64,000 bases of DNA from assembly GCA_041661405.1 (NCBI GenBank), contig JBAZUL010000004.1, forward strand, positions 15,309 to 79,308, read 5' to 3'. The notes below the pieces were generated by a model. It did no database searches. It was given only the letters and a program-made list of their open reading frames with translations, and had not been told where the DNA came from. The DNA comes from Patescibacteria group bacterium. GTDB lineage: Bacteria > Patescibacteriota > Patescibacteriia > Patescibacteriales > JBAZCA01. This document shows, piece after piece, positions 54,660-63,100 of the stretch. Made by a program: the position numbers and the translations under genes. Position 1 is the stretch's first letter. Each line of letters opens with the position of its first letter.

Positions 54660-55379
54660 ATGGAAAAGATTAACATTCTTGGAGTAGGGCTGGCAAAGGC
54701 CGGAAAAAAGGCAATCTTAAGGATCATTGAGGGGTTTTTAGCTGACGGAAAAAAGCATATCCTTGCCACGCCTAATCCGGAAATACTCCTCGCCGCGTTA
54801 AAAGATGAGGAATTTTTTCGAATTTTAAACAAAGCGGACATGGCCATTCCCGACGGGACGGGCCTTAAATTCGCGGCTCTGGCCATGGGGCAAAGCCTGA
54901 AAATCATTGCCGGCTCGGATTTAATCGGCGATATTTTGGAGCTTTCCCGGAAGAAAAAAATGAAAGTCGCGATCATGAACTGGGAAAAATCCCTTTCGCG
55001 AAAAGAAGACATTGCCCGGGCGCTTAATAAGAAATATCCGGGATTGTGTTTTGAAGTGCTGGCAGTCCGGCGGTCCGCCGAGGACGCGCCCGCTACGAAC
55101 GCCGAAATAATTTTTGCCAATCAGGGAGCGCCTTTTCAGGAAAAATTCATTTATTACGGCCTCGCTGGCTGGCCGAACGCGAAACTGGCGATCGGGGTGG
55201 GCGGCTCGTTTGATTTTTTAACTGGAAAAATTAAGCGGGCACCCCGGTTTATGCGCGCTTTAGGACTGGAATGGCTCTGGCGCTTTATTCTTGAGCCGAA
55301 ACGCTATAAGAGGATAATTAACGCGGTGATTGTGTTTCCGGCGAAATTTATCGCCTGGAGATTTTTTAAAGTAAAATAA
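54660..55379 (+). CDS. WecG/TagA/CpsF-family glycosyltransferase
   Basis: INILGV, ATPNPEILL, PDGTGLKFAA and GVGGSFDFLTGKIKRAPRFMRALGLEWLWR motifs. The ATG at 54660 is preferred over the GTG at 54648. Confidence 0.85.
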   Translation: MEKINILGVGLAKAGKKAILRIIEGFLADGKKHILATPNPEILLAALKDEEFFRILNKADMAIPDGTGLKFAALAMGQSLKIIAGSDLIGDILELSRKKKMKVAIMNWEKSLSRKEDIARALNKKYPGLCFEVLAVRRSAEDAPATNAEIIFANQGAPFQEKFIYYGLAGWPNAKLAIGVGGSFDFLTGKIKRAPRFMRALGLEWLWRFILEPKRYKRIINAVIVFPAKFIAWRFFKVK

Positions 55380-55390
55380 TTAATGTGAAG

Positions 55391-55461
55391 AAATTAATGC
55401 GCGCGAAGAGATCCCGCCCCGCAAGCGGAGCGGGATAATTTGCTCGCACGCAAATTAATTT
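55391..55461 (+). repeat. Nested imperfect hairpin filling the wecG-GT4 spacer
   Basis: The outer arms are AAATTAATGCGCGCGA and TCGCACGCAAATTAATTT. The inner stem is ATCCCGC...GCGGGAT. Confidence 0.7.
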
Positions 55462-56625
55462 ATGCGAATCGGCGTTGACATCAGGACTTTAATGGACGCA
55501 AAATATAGCGGCGTATCACTCCACAATTTTAACCTGATAACGGCCATGACCAAGCTGGATAATGATAACCATTACCGGCTTTACTATAATTCTTTTAAGG
55601 GGAGAGGATTAAATCTTCCTGATTTAAGAAAGAATAATATAGAGATAATCCGGAGTAAGTATCCCAACCGACTCCTTAATTACGTCCTGTTTAAAATTTT
55701 TAAGCGCCCGTGGATTGACGAAACACTCAAGGCGGACATTTATCTTATGCCGCACATTAATTTTATCGCTCTTTCCGGCCGGGCGAAAAGCATCCTCATT
55801 GTTCATGACCTTTCATTTCTCCGCCATAAGGATTTTTTTTCTTTTAGGAAAAATATCTGGCATAAATTCGTAAACGCCAGGAAGCTGGTAAAAAATTTTG
55901 ACCGCATTGTCGCGGTGAGCGAGAGCACGAAAAACGATATTGCCGAGCTTTGCGGGATTCATGAAACTAAAATAAAAGTTATTTATCCCGGCGTAGGGCG
56001 GGAATATCGGCCTTTGGAAAAAAATCACCCCCGGTTGAAGCGTATCAGGGAGAAATACGGCCTGCCGGAAAAATTTATTTTGTCGCTCGGAACCCTAGAA
56101 CCGAGAAAGAACATTCCCGGACTGATCCGCGCTTTTGACCTCTTAAAAAAGATCGCCTCCGCGGCCGGGCCGGCGACGGACTGCGAATTGGTAATCGCCG
56201 GAGGGAAAGGCTGGAAAGCCGGCAAAATTCTCGAAGAATTCAGTCGGGCCGCGCATAAACGAAGTATCCGTTTTCTCGGCTATGTTCCGGAAAATGAAAA
56301 AGTTTATCTTTATAACCTTGCCTCGGTTTTCGCCTTTCCTTCATTTTACGAAGGCTTTGGCTTTCCGCCGCTTGAAGCTATGGCTTCCGGGGTTCCGGTA
56401 GTGGCCGGGTTTTCTTCCAGCCTGCCGGAAATAACCGGCGGCGCGGCTTTAATGGTTGACCCTTATGATGTTAATGATATAAAAAACGGCCTAAGGGAAG
56501 CGCTTTCGAACACCGGTTTAAGGGAAAAACTGATTGTCCGGGGGCTTATTAGGGCGAAATTTTTCAGCTGGGAAAAGTGCGCGCGGGAATATCTTGGGCT
56601 ATTTGAGGATGATTATCGGACATGA
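55462..56625 (+). CDS. Glycosyltransferase family 4
   Basis: YEGFGFPPLEAMASGVPVVAG is an EX7E region. Confidence 0.8.
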   Translation: MRIGVDIRTLMDAKYSGVSLHNFNLITAMTKLDNDNHYRLYYNSFKGRGLNLPDLRKNNIEIIRSKYPNRLLNYVLFKIFKRPWIDETLKADIYLMPHINFIALSGRAKSILIVHDLSFLRHKDFFSFRKNIWHKFVNARKLVKNFDRIVAVSESTKNDIAELCGIHETKIKVIYPGVGREYRPLEKNHPRLKRIREKYGLPEKFILSLGTLEPRKNIPGLIRAFDLLKKIASAAGPATDCELVIAGGKGWKAGKILEEFSRAAHKRSIRFLGYVPENEKVYLYNLASVFAFPSFYEGFGFPPLEAMASGVPVVAGFSSSLPEITGGAALMVDPYDVNDIKNGLREALSNTGLREKLIVRGLIRAKFFSWEKCAREYLGLFEDDYRT

Positions 56626-56769
56626 CAAAATGTGGTATAATAAATAACGGAAAGCAATTTTTTTAACAACCCGCTCTCCGCTGTCTAAGTTATAACCCAC
56701 CCCGCCCCGCAAATGCGGGGCGCTCATCCTGAGAGGGGAATTCCTTACTTTCTGTTATCTGTTTTTATT

Positions 56770-57273
56770 ATGCTTGAAAGAGTAAATTTGAATTATTTTA
56801 ACCTGCAGAAGATGATGGTGATAGTTATGATGATCTGCCTGACGGTCATTTTGTTTTCTTATTTTTCCGATTACCGCTCAAAAGCGAGGGACGTAAAAAG
56901 GAAGGCCGACCTTCAAATCCTCATGCAGGCCCTGGATATTTATCACGACAGACACGGAGTTTACCCTCAATCGGACGATGATTACAAAGGCTGGGATTTA
57001 AGCTACGTCGGCGGTAAAGAAAGAGTTTTTCTGCCAGCGTTGGAAAAGGAAGGCATTATTGACCGAGGAGTTTTAGATCCCCTAAATAACGATAAGACTT
57101 TTTATCGCTACCAGAAATTCACCAAAGGAGGTTATGGTTGTTCCAAGCCATTTTATATTCTTCAGATAATGAGTTTTGAGACACTTACTTCGGACAAAGG
57201 CATGGGTAAATGCAAGGATTTTGACTGGACAAAACTGGCGCCGTACGGCTATACCTTGCAGGGATATGATTGA
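56770..57273 (+). CDS. Type IV pilin / GspG-like domain protein with degenerate N-terminus
   Basis: ARDVKRKADLQILMQALDIYHDRHGVYP matches the pseudopilin core helix, but no G-F-T-L-I-E prepilin cleavage motif is present. The ORF-track start at 56713 lies inside a hairpin (CGCCCCGC AAAT GCGGGGCG). Confidence 0.45.
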   Translation: MLERVNLNYFNLQKMMVIVMMICLTVILFSYFSDYRSKARDVKRKADLQILMQALDIYHDRHGVYPQSDDDYKGWDLSYVGGKERVFLPALEKEGIIDRGVLDPLNNDKTFYRYQKFTKGGYGCSKPFYILQIMSFETLTSDKGMGKCKDFDWTKLAPYGYTLQGYD

Positions 57274-57281
57274 ATCAATTA

Positions 57282-58235
57282 TCAATTTTCAATTAATGTT
57301 TTTTCAGATAGATGTAAGATTAGTAATCTGTTATGACCCTTGAGGTCTTTTTTTATTTCCAGCCGCGCGTCCGGCAGATATTTTTTTATTATTTTTTTTA
57401 ATATTATGGTCTGCCGGGGGTCAAACTCAAAAAAGCAGGTAATGTTTTTTTTGTAGCTTGATGCAAGAACAGTAATTTGTTTTAACAACTTTTCGTAAAG
57501 TTGTAAGCCGTTTTTTCCAGTGTAAAGGGCGACAGGAGGCTCAAATTTTAAACCGATAGAGTCCTGGGAGCAGTTATTTTTCCAGGCCTTCCAGCCGTAG
57601 GGAAGATTGGCAGTGATTATTATTTTTGATTTTAGATTTAAGATTTTAGATTTAAGAATCGGTTCCAGCAGGTTGCCGCGAAAGAATTTAATTTTTTTTT
57701 CAACGCCGTGAAGTTTGGCGTTTTTTTTGGCGACAGAAAGGGCGGGTCTGGAAATGTCAGTGGCGAGGAAAGTGAATACTGAATGATGATTGATGAATAG
57801 AGGGTGATCAGCGGAAGACAAAAAAGAGTTGTGATTTATCAGCTTAGCTAGTGTTATTGCAATACAGCCTGAGCCTGTTCCGACATCAATAATTATGGTG
57901 TTATTATTAGTTTTAGGTTTTTGATTGCGAGTTATGGGTTGCGAGTTATGAATCGTGAGATTTAGAACTTCATCCACCATTAATTCTGTTTCCGGGCGGG
58001 GAACCAGGACATTATTATTGACTATGATATCCAACCCGTAAAATTCTTTGTGGCCGAGAATGTAGGCCAGAGGTTCGCCTTTTAATCTTCGCTCAATAAA
58101 ACTATCCAGCTTTCTTTGCCTGGCAGGCGATAATTTTATTTTTGGATAAGTCAAAACCCACTCCCTTGATTTATTGAGAATATGGGCTAATATAAGGTCT
58201 TTTTCAAGGGGAGAAATTTTATTCTTTACCCGCAT
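57282..58235 (-). CDS. prmC: Release-factor glutamine N5-methyltransferase PrmC with three repeat-derived inserts and NLPY in place of NPPY
   Basis: PLAYILGHKEFYGLDI, PRPETE, DVGTGSGCIAI and FEPPVAL motifs. It lies immediately downstream of prfA. Confidence 0.8.
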   Translation of the reverse strand: MRVKNKISPLEKDLILAHILNKSREWVLTYPKIKLSPARQRKLDSFIERRLKGEPLAYILGHKEFYGLDIIVNNNVLVPRPETELMVDEVLNLTIHNSQPITRNQKPKTNNNTIIIDVGTGSGCIAITLAKLINHNSFLSSADHPLFINHHSVFTFLATDISRPALSVAKKNAKLHGVEKKIKFFRGNLLEPILKSKILNLKSKIIITANLPYGWKAWKNNCSQDSIGLKFEPPVALYTGKNGLQLYEKLLKQITVLASSYKKNITCFFEFDPRQTIILKKIIKKYLPDARLEIKKDLKGHNRLLILHLSEKTLIEN

Positions 58236-58244
58236 TTGAATGTC

Positions 58245-59276
58245 TTAATTCAATCCTTTTTTTAGCTCTCCGATCATCTCGTCTAAATCGCCGTCCATCA
58301 TCCGGGAGATTGAATGCCAGGATATTTTTACGCGATGGTCGGTTACCCGGTCTTGCGGGAAATTGTAGGTGCGGATTTTTTCCGAACGGTCGCCCGAGCC
58401 GATCTGGCCTTTTCTTTCGGCGGCTTCGCGGGCGTGCCGGTCTTCTTCCATTTTCTGCAAAATCCTTGAGCGCAGAACCAGCATAGCCTTGTCTCTATTC
58501 TGCCTTTGGGATTTTTGATCCTGGCATTGCACAACGACGCCGGTCGGGAGATGAGTAATCCTGACGGCTGAATTAGTCGTATTGACTTTCTGGCCGCCCG
58601 GACCGGATGCCGCGTAGGTGTCAATCCTTAAGTCTTCCGCTTTAATTTGGACGTCAATTTCATCAGCTTCGGCGAGGACGGCGACTGTCGCGGCCGAGGT
58701 ATGGATGCGGCCGGCTTTTTCGGTCTCCGGCACGCGCTGGACTCTATGAGTTCCGGCTTCGTATTTTAAACTGCTGTAAACATTTTTTCCTTCAATGGAA
58801 AAAGTTATATCTTTAAATCCGCCGAGTCCGATTTGCGAAGAGTCAAGGATGTTTATTTTCCAGCCTTTTCTTTCGGCAAAGCGCGAATACATTCGGAATA
58901 AATCAGCGGCGAACAACGCCGACTCGTCGCCGCCTGTTCCGGCCCGGATTTCCATAATGATGTTTTTTTTATCAAAAGGATGAGCCGGAGTCAGTTCGGA
59001 TTTAATAAGTTCTTCCAGCTCGGATTTTCGCGTTTCCAGTTCGGTGAGTTCGGCCTGGGCCATTTCGGCCAGCTCTCCGGTCTCGGTTTTTATGATTTCA
59101 TCATTTTCTATTATTCGTCCGGCTATGGCTTTAAATTCCATGATAAACCCGGCCGCGGTTTTTAAGTCGGAATGTTCCTTTGAAACGGCTTTTAATTTTT
59201 CCGGGTTGGATATTACGGCCGGATTGGAAAGTTCGGTTTCAAGGTTTTTGAATTTTTGGAGTATGTCGTCGTACAT
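58245..59276 (-). CDS. prfA: Peptide chain release factor 1
   Basis: GGQKVNTTNSAVRITHLPTG (GGQ) and the PET tripeptide (RVQRVPETE) in the codon-recognition region. Confidence 0.9.
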   Translation of the reverse strand: MYDDILQKFKNLETELSNPAVISNPEKLKAVSKEHSDLKTAAGFIMEFKAIAGRIIENDEIIKTETGELAEMAQAELTELETRKSELEELIKSELTPAHPFDKKNIIMEIRAGTGGDESALFAADLFRMYSRFAERKGWKINILDSSQIGLGGFKDITFSIEGKNVYSSLKYEAGTHRVQRVPETEKAGRIHTSAATVAVLAEADEIDVQIKAEDLRIDTYAASGPGGQKVNTTNSAVRITHLPTGVVVQCQDQKSQRQNRDKAMLVLRSRILQKMEEDRHAREAAERKGQIGSGDRSEKIRTYNFPQDRVTDHRVKISWHSISRMMDGDLDEMIGELKKGLN

Positions 59277-59286
59277 ATTTAGAAAA

Positions 59287-59375
59287 ATGAATTATGATTT
59301 ATGAATTATACAAATTTTTAAACTCATTACCTGCCTGCCGGTAGGCAGGTTCATAATTCGCAATTCATTATTCAA
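59287..59375. repeat. ATGAATTAT word hairpin around core ACCTGCCTGCCGGTAGGCAGGTT
   Basis: The core at 59329-59351 is identical to 6846-6868. The left words have a 14-nt period (ATGAATTATGATTT ATGAATTAT). The right words are complementary (CATAATTCGCAATTCAT). Confidence 0.85.
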
Positions 59376-59383
59376 GTAAAAAC

Positions 59384-59440
59384 AAAAGACTATCTTCCCT
59401 TTATATTTTAACAAATATAAAACATGGAAGATAGTCTTTT
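59384..59440 (-). terminator. Long hairpin after rpmE
   Basis: AAAAGACTATCTTCC (59384-59398) is the perfect reverse complement of GGAAGATAGTCTTTT (59426-59440). A-runs and T-runs lie at the ends, and the hairpin is 8 nt downstream of the rpmE stop. Confidence 0.7.
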
Positions 59441-59448
59441 GAGAGTAG

Positions 59449-59808
59449 CTACTTTTCGGATTTTTTTTCTGTTGGTTTAACAGCGGTTTTGGCTGTTTTG
59501 ACGGCTGCGGTTTTTCCAGCCGATACTTTGGCTGAGGCCGGTTTTTTAGCGGCCGATCTCGCGGCGCGCTTTACTCTTTTTCCTTTTTTTCCGGCTGAGG
59601 CGGTTCCTTTGGCCGCTACCCGGGCGCGGAATTTTTCTACCCGGCGGGCGGTATCAACGATTTTCTGCTTGCCGGTATAAAAAGGATGGCAGGCCGAACA
59701 AACCTCGGTTTTAATTTCAGAGGCGGTTGAGCCGGTCGTAAAAGTGTTGCCGCAAGAACAGGAGACTTTTACGTTGTCGTTGTATTTCGGATGGATTTTG
59801 TCTTTCAT
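59449..59808 (-). CDS. rpmE: Ribosomal protein L31 with about 50-aa Ala/Lys-rich C-terminal tail
   Basis: [28 protein letters not shown]...[13 protein letters not shown], followed by an [30 protein letters not shown]... tail. Confidence 0.9.
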   Translation of the reverse strand: MKDKIHPKYNDNVKVSCSCGNTFTTGSTASEIKTEVCSACHPFYTGKQKIVDTARRVEKFRARVAAKGTASAGKKGKRVKRAARSAAKKPASAKVSAGKTAAVKTAKTAVKPTEKKSEK

Positions 59809-60063
59809 AATTCTGCTAATTTACGAATCAGCTACGAATTTACGAATCCCGAATTCCCGGGATGTGTTTATATTTATAGCGATCGATGATTTTTTTGTTT
59901 ATTAAGATAAACAAAATTTAGCATATATTCCGGGAAAATGCAAGAATAAGCCGTAAAAACAATACACCCGTTTTTCGGGTGTATTGTTTGGAATAGAATT
60001 TTTTGGTGTTTTTACCTTTTTGCCCTTAAGTAATCTATCACTCTAACAATATCCTCCTACTTC

Positions 60064-60124
60064 GTCCCGCCTCTCACGAGAGGCGGGACTGCGCAGAACA
60101 ACCTGCCTGTCGGCTGTGGCAGGG
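60064..60124 (-). terminator. Two GC-rich hairpins downstream of the giant surface-protein gene
   Basis: GTCCCGCCTCTC AC GAGAGGCGGGAC (60064-60089) and ACCTGCCTGTCGGCTGTGGCAGGG (60101-60124). Neither has a clear U-run. Confidence 0.4.
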
Positions 60125-60128
60125 CAAG

Positions 60129-63100
60129 CTAGCGTTTAGCGCCGCTATAGGCTATAGCGCGAACCACATCCCAAGCGGTAGCGGATTCCGGCGCGTAGCC
60201 GTAAATCGCTTTGAATGATTTTATGGCCGCGGCTTCGCTCGCTACGTTTCTTTGAGCCGGCCTTAATCCGTAAGCGATAACGGTTACGGCCGCGTCGTCA
60301 TTGGGGTTAGTCCGATCAGCCGCTCGCCGGTAAATTTTCCGGAAAGCCAGACTGGCGTTTGCTTCGGTGGTTTTATTAATTTCGGAAGGCCAGCGGCCGT
60401 TGGCGATTTTTATCGCGTCGCTCCATTCCGATTCCTTTGCCGGCAGTTTGCCAAAAGCGGATTTATAGGAATTAAGCACTCCAGCCCGTTCGCCGGCGCC
60501 GAGTTTTATTGTTGTTTCGGTTCCGTAAGAAATAAAGTTGGTTATTGCGGACTGGTCTTTCGCGGCCACTTTAAGATTCTTTATGAGCATTTTGGTAAAC
60601 TTATTGGCGATTTTTTGCTCCTCAGTCACGCTGCGTTTTATTCCGAGTTTTTCCAGGAGCGTGGAAACCGAAGCTTTTATGATTTCCGCGGCGTCAGAAG
60701 CGATAGTAGCGATCTTATCAGCGTAAGCTTTGGCGGTTTCTTCGGTTTTGGCTTTAACTTCGGCTACTGTTTCTTTGGCTTCACTGACAATTTCCTCGGC
60801 TTTTTCCGCTATCGGTGATTCTTCGGCTAAAGACGGGCAGGAACGTTTTCTTTCCGCTTCCTGGCTCGCGCTTAGGGAGCAGCCGGAAGGGGAAAAACTC
60901 TTGATGTTCCGGTATTGATAACCGTCGGCGGCGCAGGATGCCTGCCATTCATCAAATACGACCGAGGAGCAATGAGTAGTGTTCCCGGAAGCGGCGGCGG
61001 GTCCGCCGGCCGCGTTACAGCTATTGCCGCTTCTCGTATAGTTCGTATTGCAGGAAATGGAGCAATCAGCGGCGACCAGCCCGTTAGAAACAGAATTGGT
61101 TGAGCAAACCTGAAGCGCCGAGGAATAAGCTGATTCATTGCCGCCGTCATCAGCCGCGGTAATTTTGTAGTAATAGCTCGTGAAAGCCGCGGTTGTTGAA
61201 TCAGTGTAAGCGATGCCGGAAACGTCGGAAGCGTTAACCTGAGTATAAGTTGTCCCGTCGGTTGAACGATAAACTTCATATCCCAAAAGATCAGTTATGC
61301 CGGACGCGTCAGCGTTGGTTGAAACAGCGGTCCAGCCGAGGACAACTGATGAACCTCCGCCCGAAGTTTGCGCCAGACTGGCCGGAGCGGCCGGAGCGAC
61401 AGCGTCCGGCGGGTTAATAGCCGAGAATACGGTTAAGTGATTGGTCTTTCCGATAAATACCAGCTTAAAATCATAGTAGCCGCCCGTCCCGTTAGCCGCT
61501 AAATCGTCAATAAACTCTTCATAACCGGTTTGGGTCGCGCTGTCGGATTTCATTGTCCATTCGGTCGCGTTGGCGGCCAGCTTGTAATAAGCCTTTCTCG
61601 TGGTATTCAAGTTTACCCAGTTATTAGCGGTATTATCCCAATAGCCGAGAGTCTGGGTTTTTAATTTTGAATAATCCACCAGGTTCATGGCCGCGATATC
61701 GGCTTTGTAATATACAATTTCAATATCAACGTAATCGCTTAAGTTCGTTATAGCCTGGCCGGAATTATCGGTCGCGGTAACAACTTTTCCGATCCCGCCC
61801 AAAGGCTCAAAACTGGTAGTCTCGGTGACGGCTGATGTTTCCTGAATGCCAAGATTGCCGGAGGATTGGCTGGATCCGAGAGCGTTCGGCGGGGCGGTGA
61901 TCTTTACGCCAGTAGCCGAGGCGGCCGTATCATCAACTGTACCGCCGGAAGACGGGGTAATGGATTTTGATTTGGTTTTCATGGTCCAGCTCGCGTTGGC
62001 TTCCAGGATAATATTAATACTGCCGGCCGGAGTCTGAGTAGCGCCGGAGACAGTTACATTGGTCTTGGTATTGCCCGCTTTATAATTACCGTCCTTATAA
62101 CCGTCAGCGCCGGCCATTATCGCCCAAGCGCCGTTGGTAACTGGCAGGGAATAGTAGCCATTCGCGTCGGCCGGGGTATGGGCCATATTGCCGGTAGTCG
62201 CTTCCTTGGCCCAGACATAAGCGTTCGGAATATTGGTACCGCTCTCATTCTTTACATAACCGGTGATGTTCCGGGCGGCCGCGCCTAAAGCCACAGTGTT
62301 GTCCTCGCTATTAGTCGTAGCGGAAACTGAAGCCGGAGCAGAAGACATATAGCCGGACTTGTCAGCGCCTAAATTGTAATTGCCGCTTTCTAGCTTGGGC
62401 ACGGTAATAGAGAAAGTTCCGTTTGAACCGGTTTCCGCGCCAGTATGATAACCGGTATTCGGGCTGCCAATCCAAACCCAGGCGTTAGCGAGACCAGCGG
62501 AACCGTCGGTAACGGTGCCGCTAACCGTAATCATTCCAGTGGAAGCGTTTGGCAGGGTAAAGTAAACCGCCCGAGCCGCGTCAGTAACTTTTATACAGTC
62601 CTTGTCGTTAGAAAGCGCTTGGCGGCTGGCAGTATCCGGAGAGAAAAAGCCATATCCAGGGACATCCAGTCCGAAGAAATAGTATTTGCCTGCTGAAGCG
62701 CCTTTAATTTTAATCGTAGAGGTAGCGTTAAGGCCGTCAATTTTCGTTGAAAAATGATAGCCGGTCGGTTTCGGGTTGGCTCCGTCAAAGGTTACTTCAT
62801 CAACGTTTAAGAAGCCGGTTTGGGCGGCCGCGCCGTTGTTAAACTGCAGTGAAATGGTCTCTAATTCCGCGGCGGAAACCAGGATATTAGCGGTAGTCGT
62901 CGCGGCATTGACGTTAATATTGGCTGAGGAATTAGCGACCTGGTCATAAACCAGCTCCACTTCGCCGTAATTTTGGGTCCAGGTGTCAATCCGGTAATAG
63001 CCGGCCGGCAGAGACAGGCTGTAAGTTCCGTTTGAATCCGTGGAAGCGCCGTAGTCGCGTCCCTGGTAATTGCCGTTCGCGTCATAAAGCACGGCTCGGA

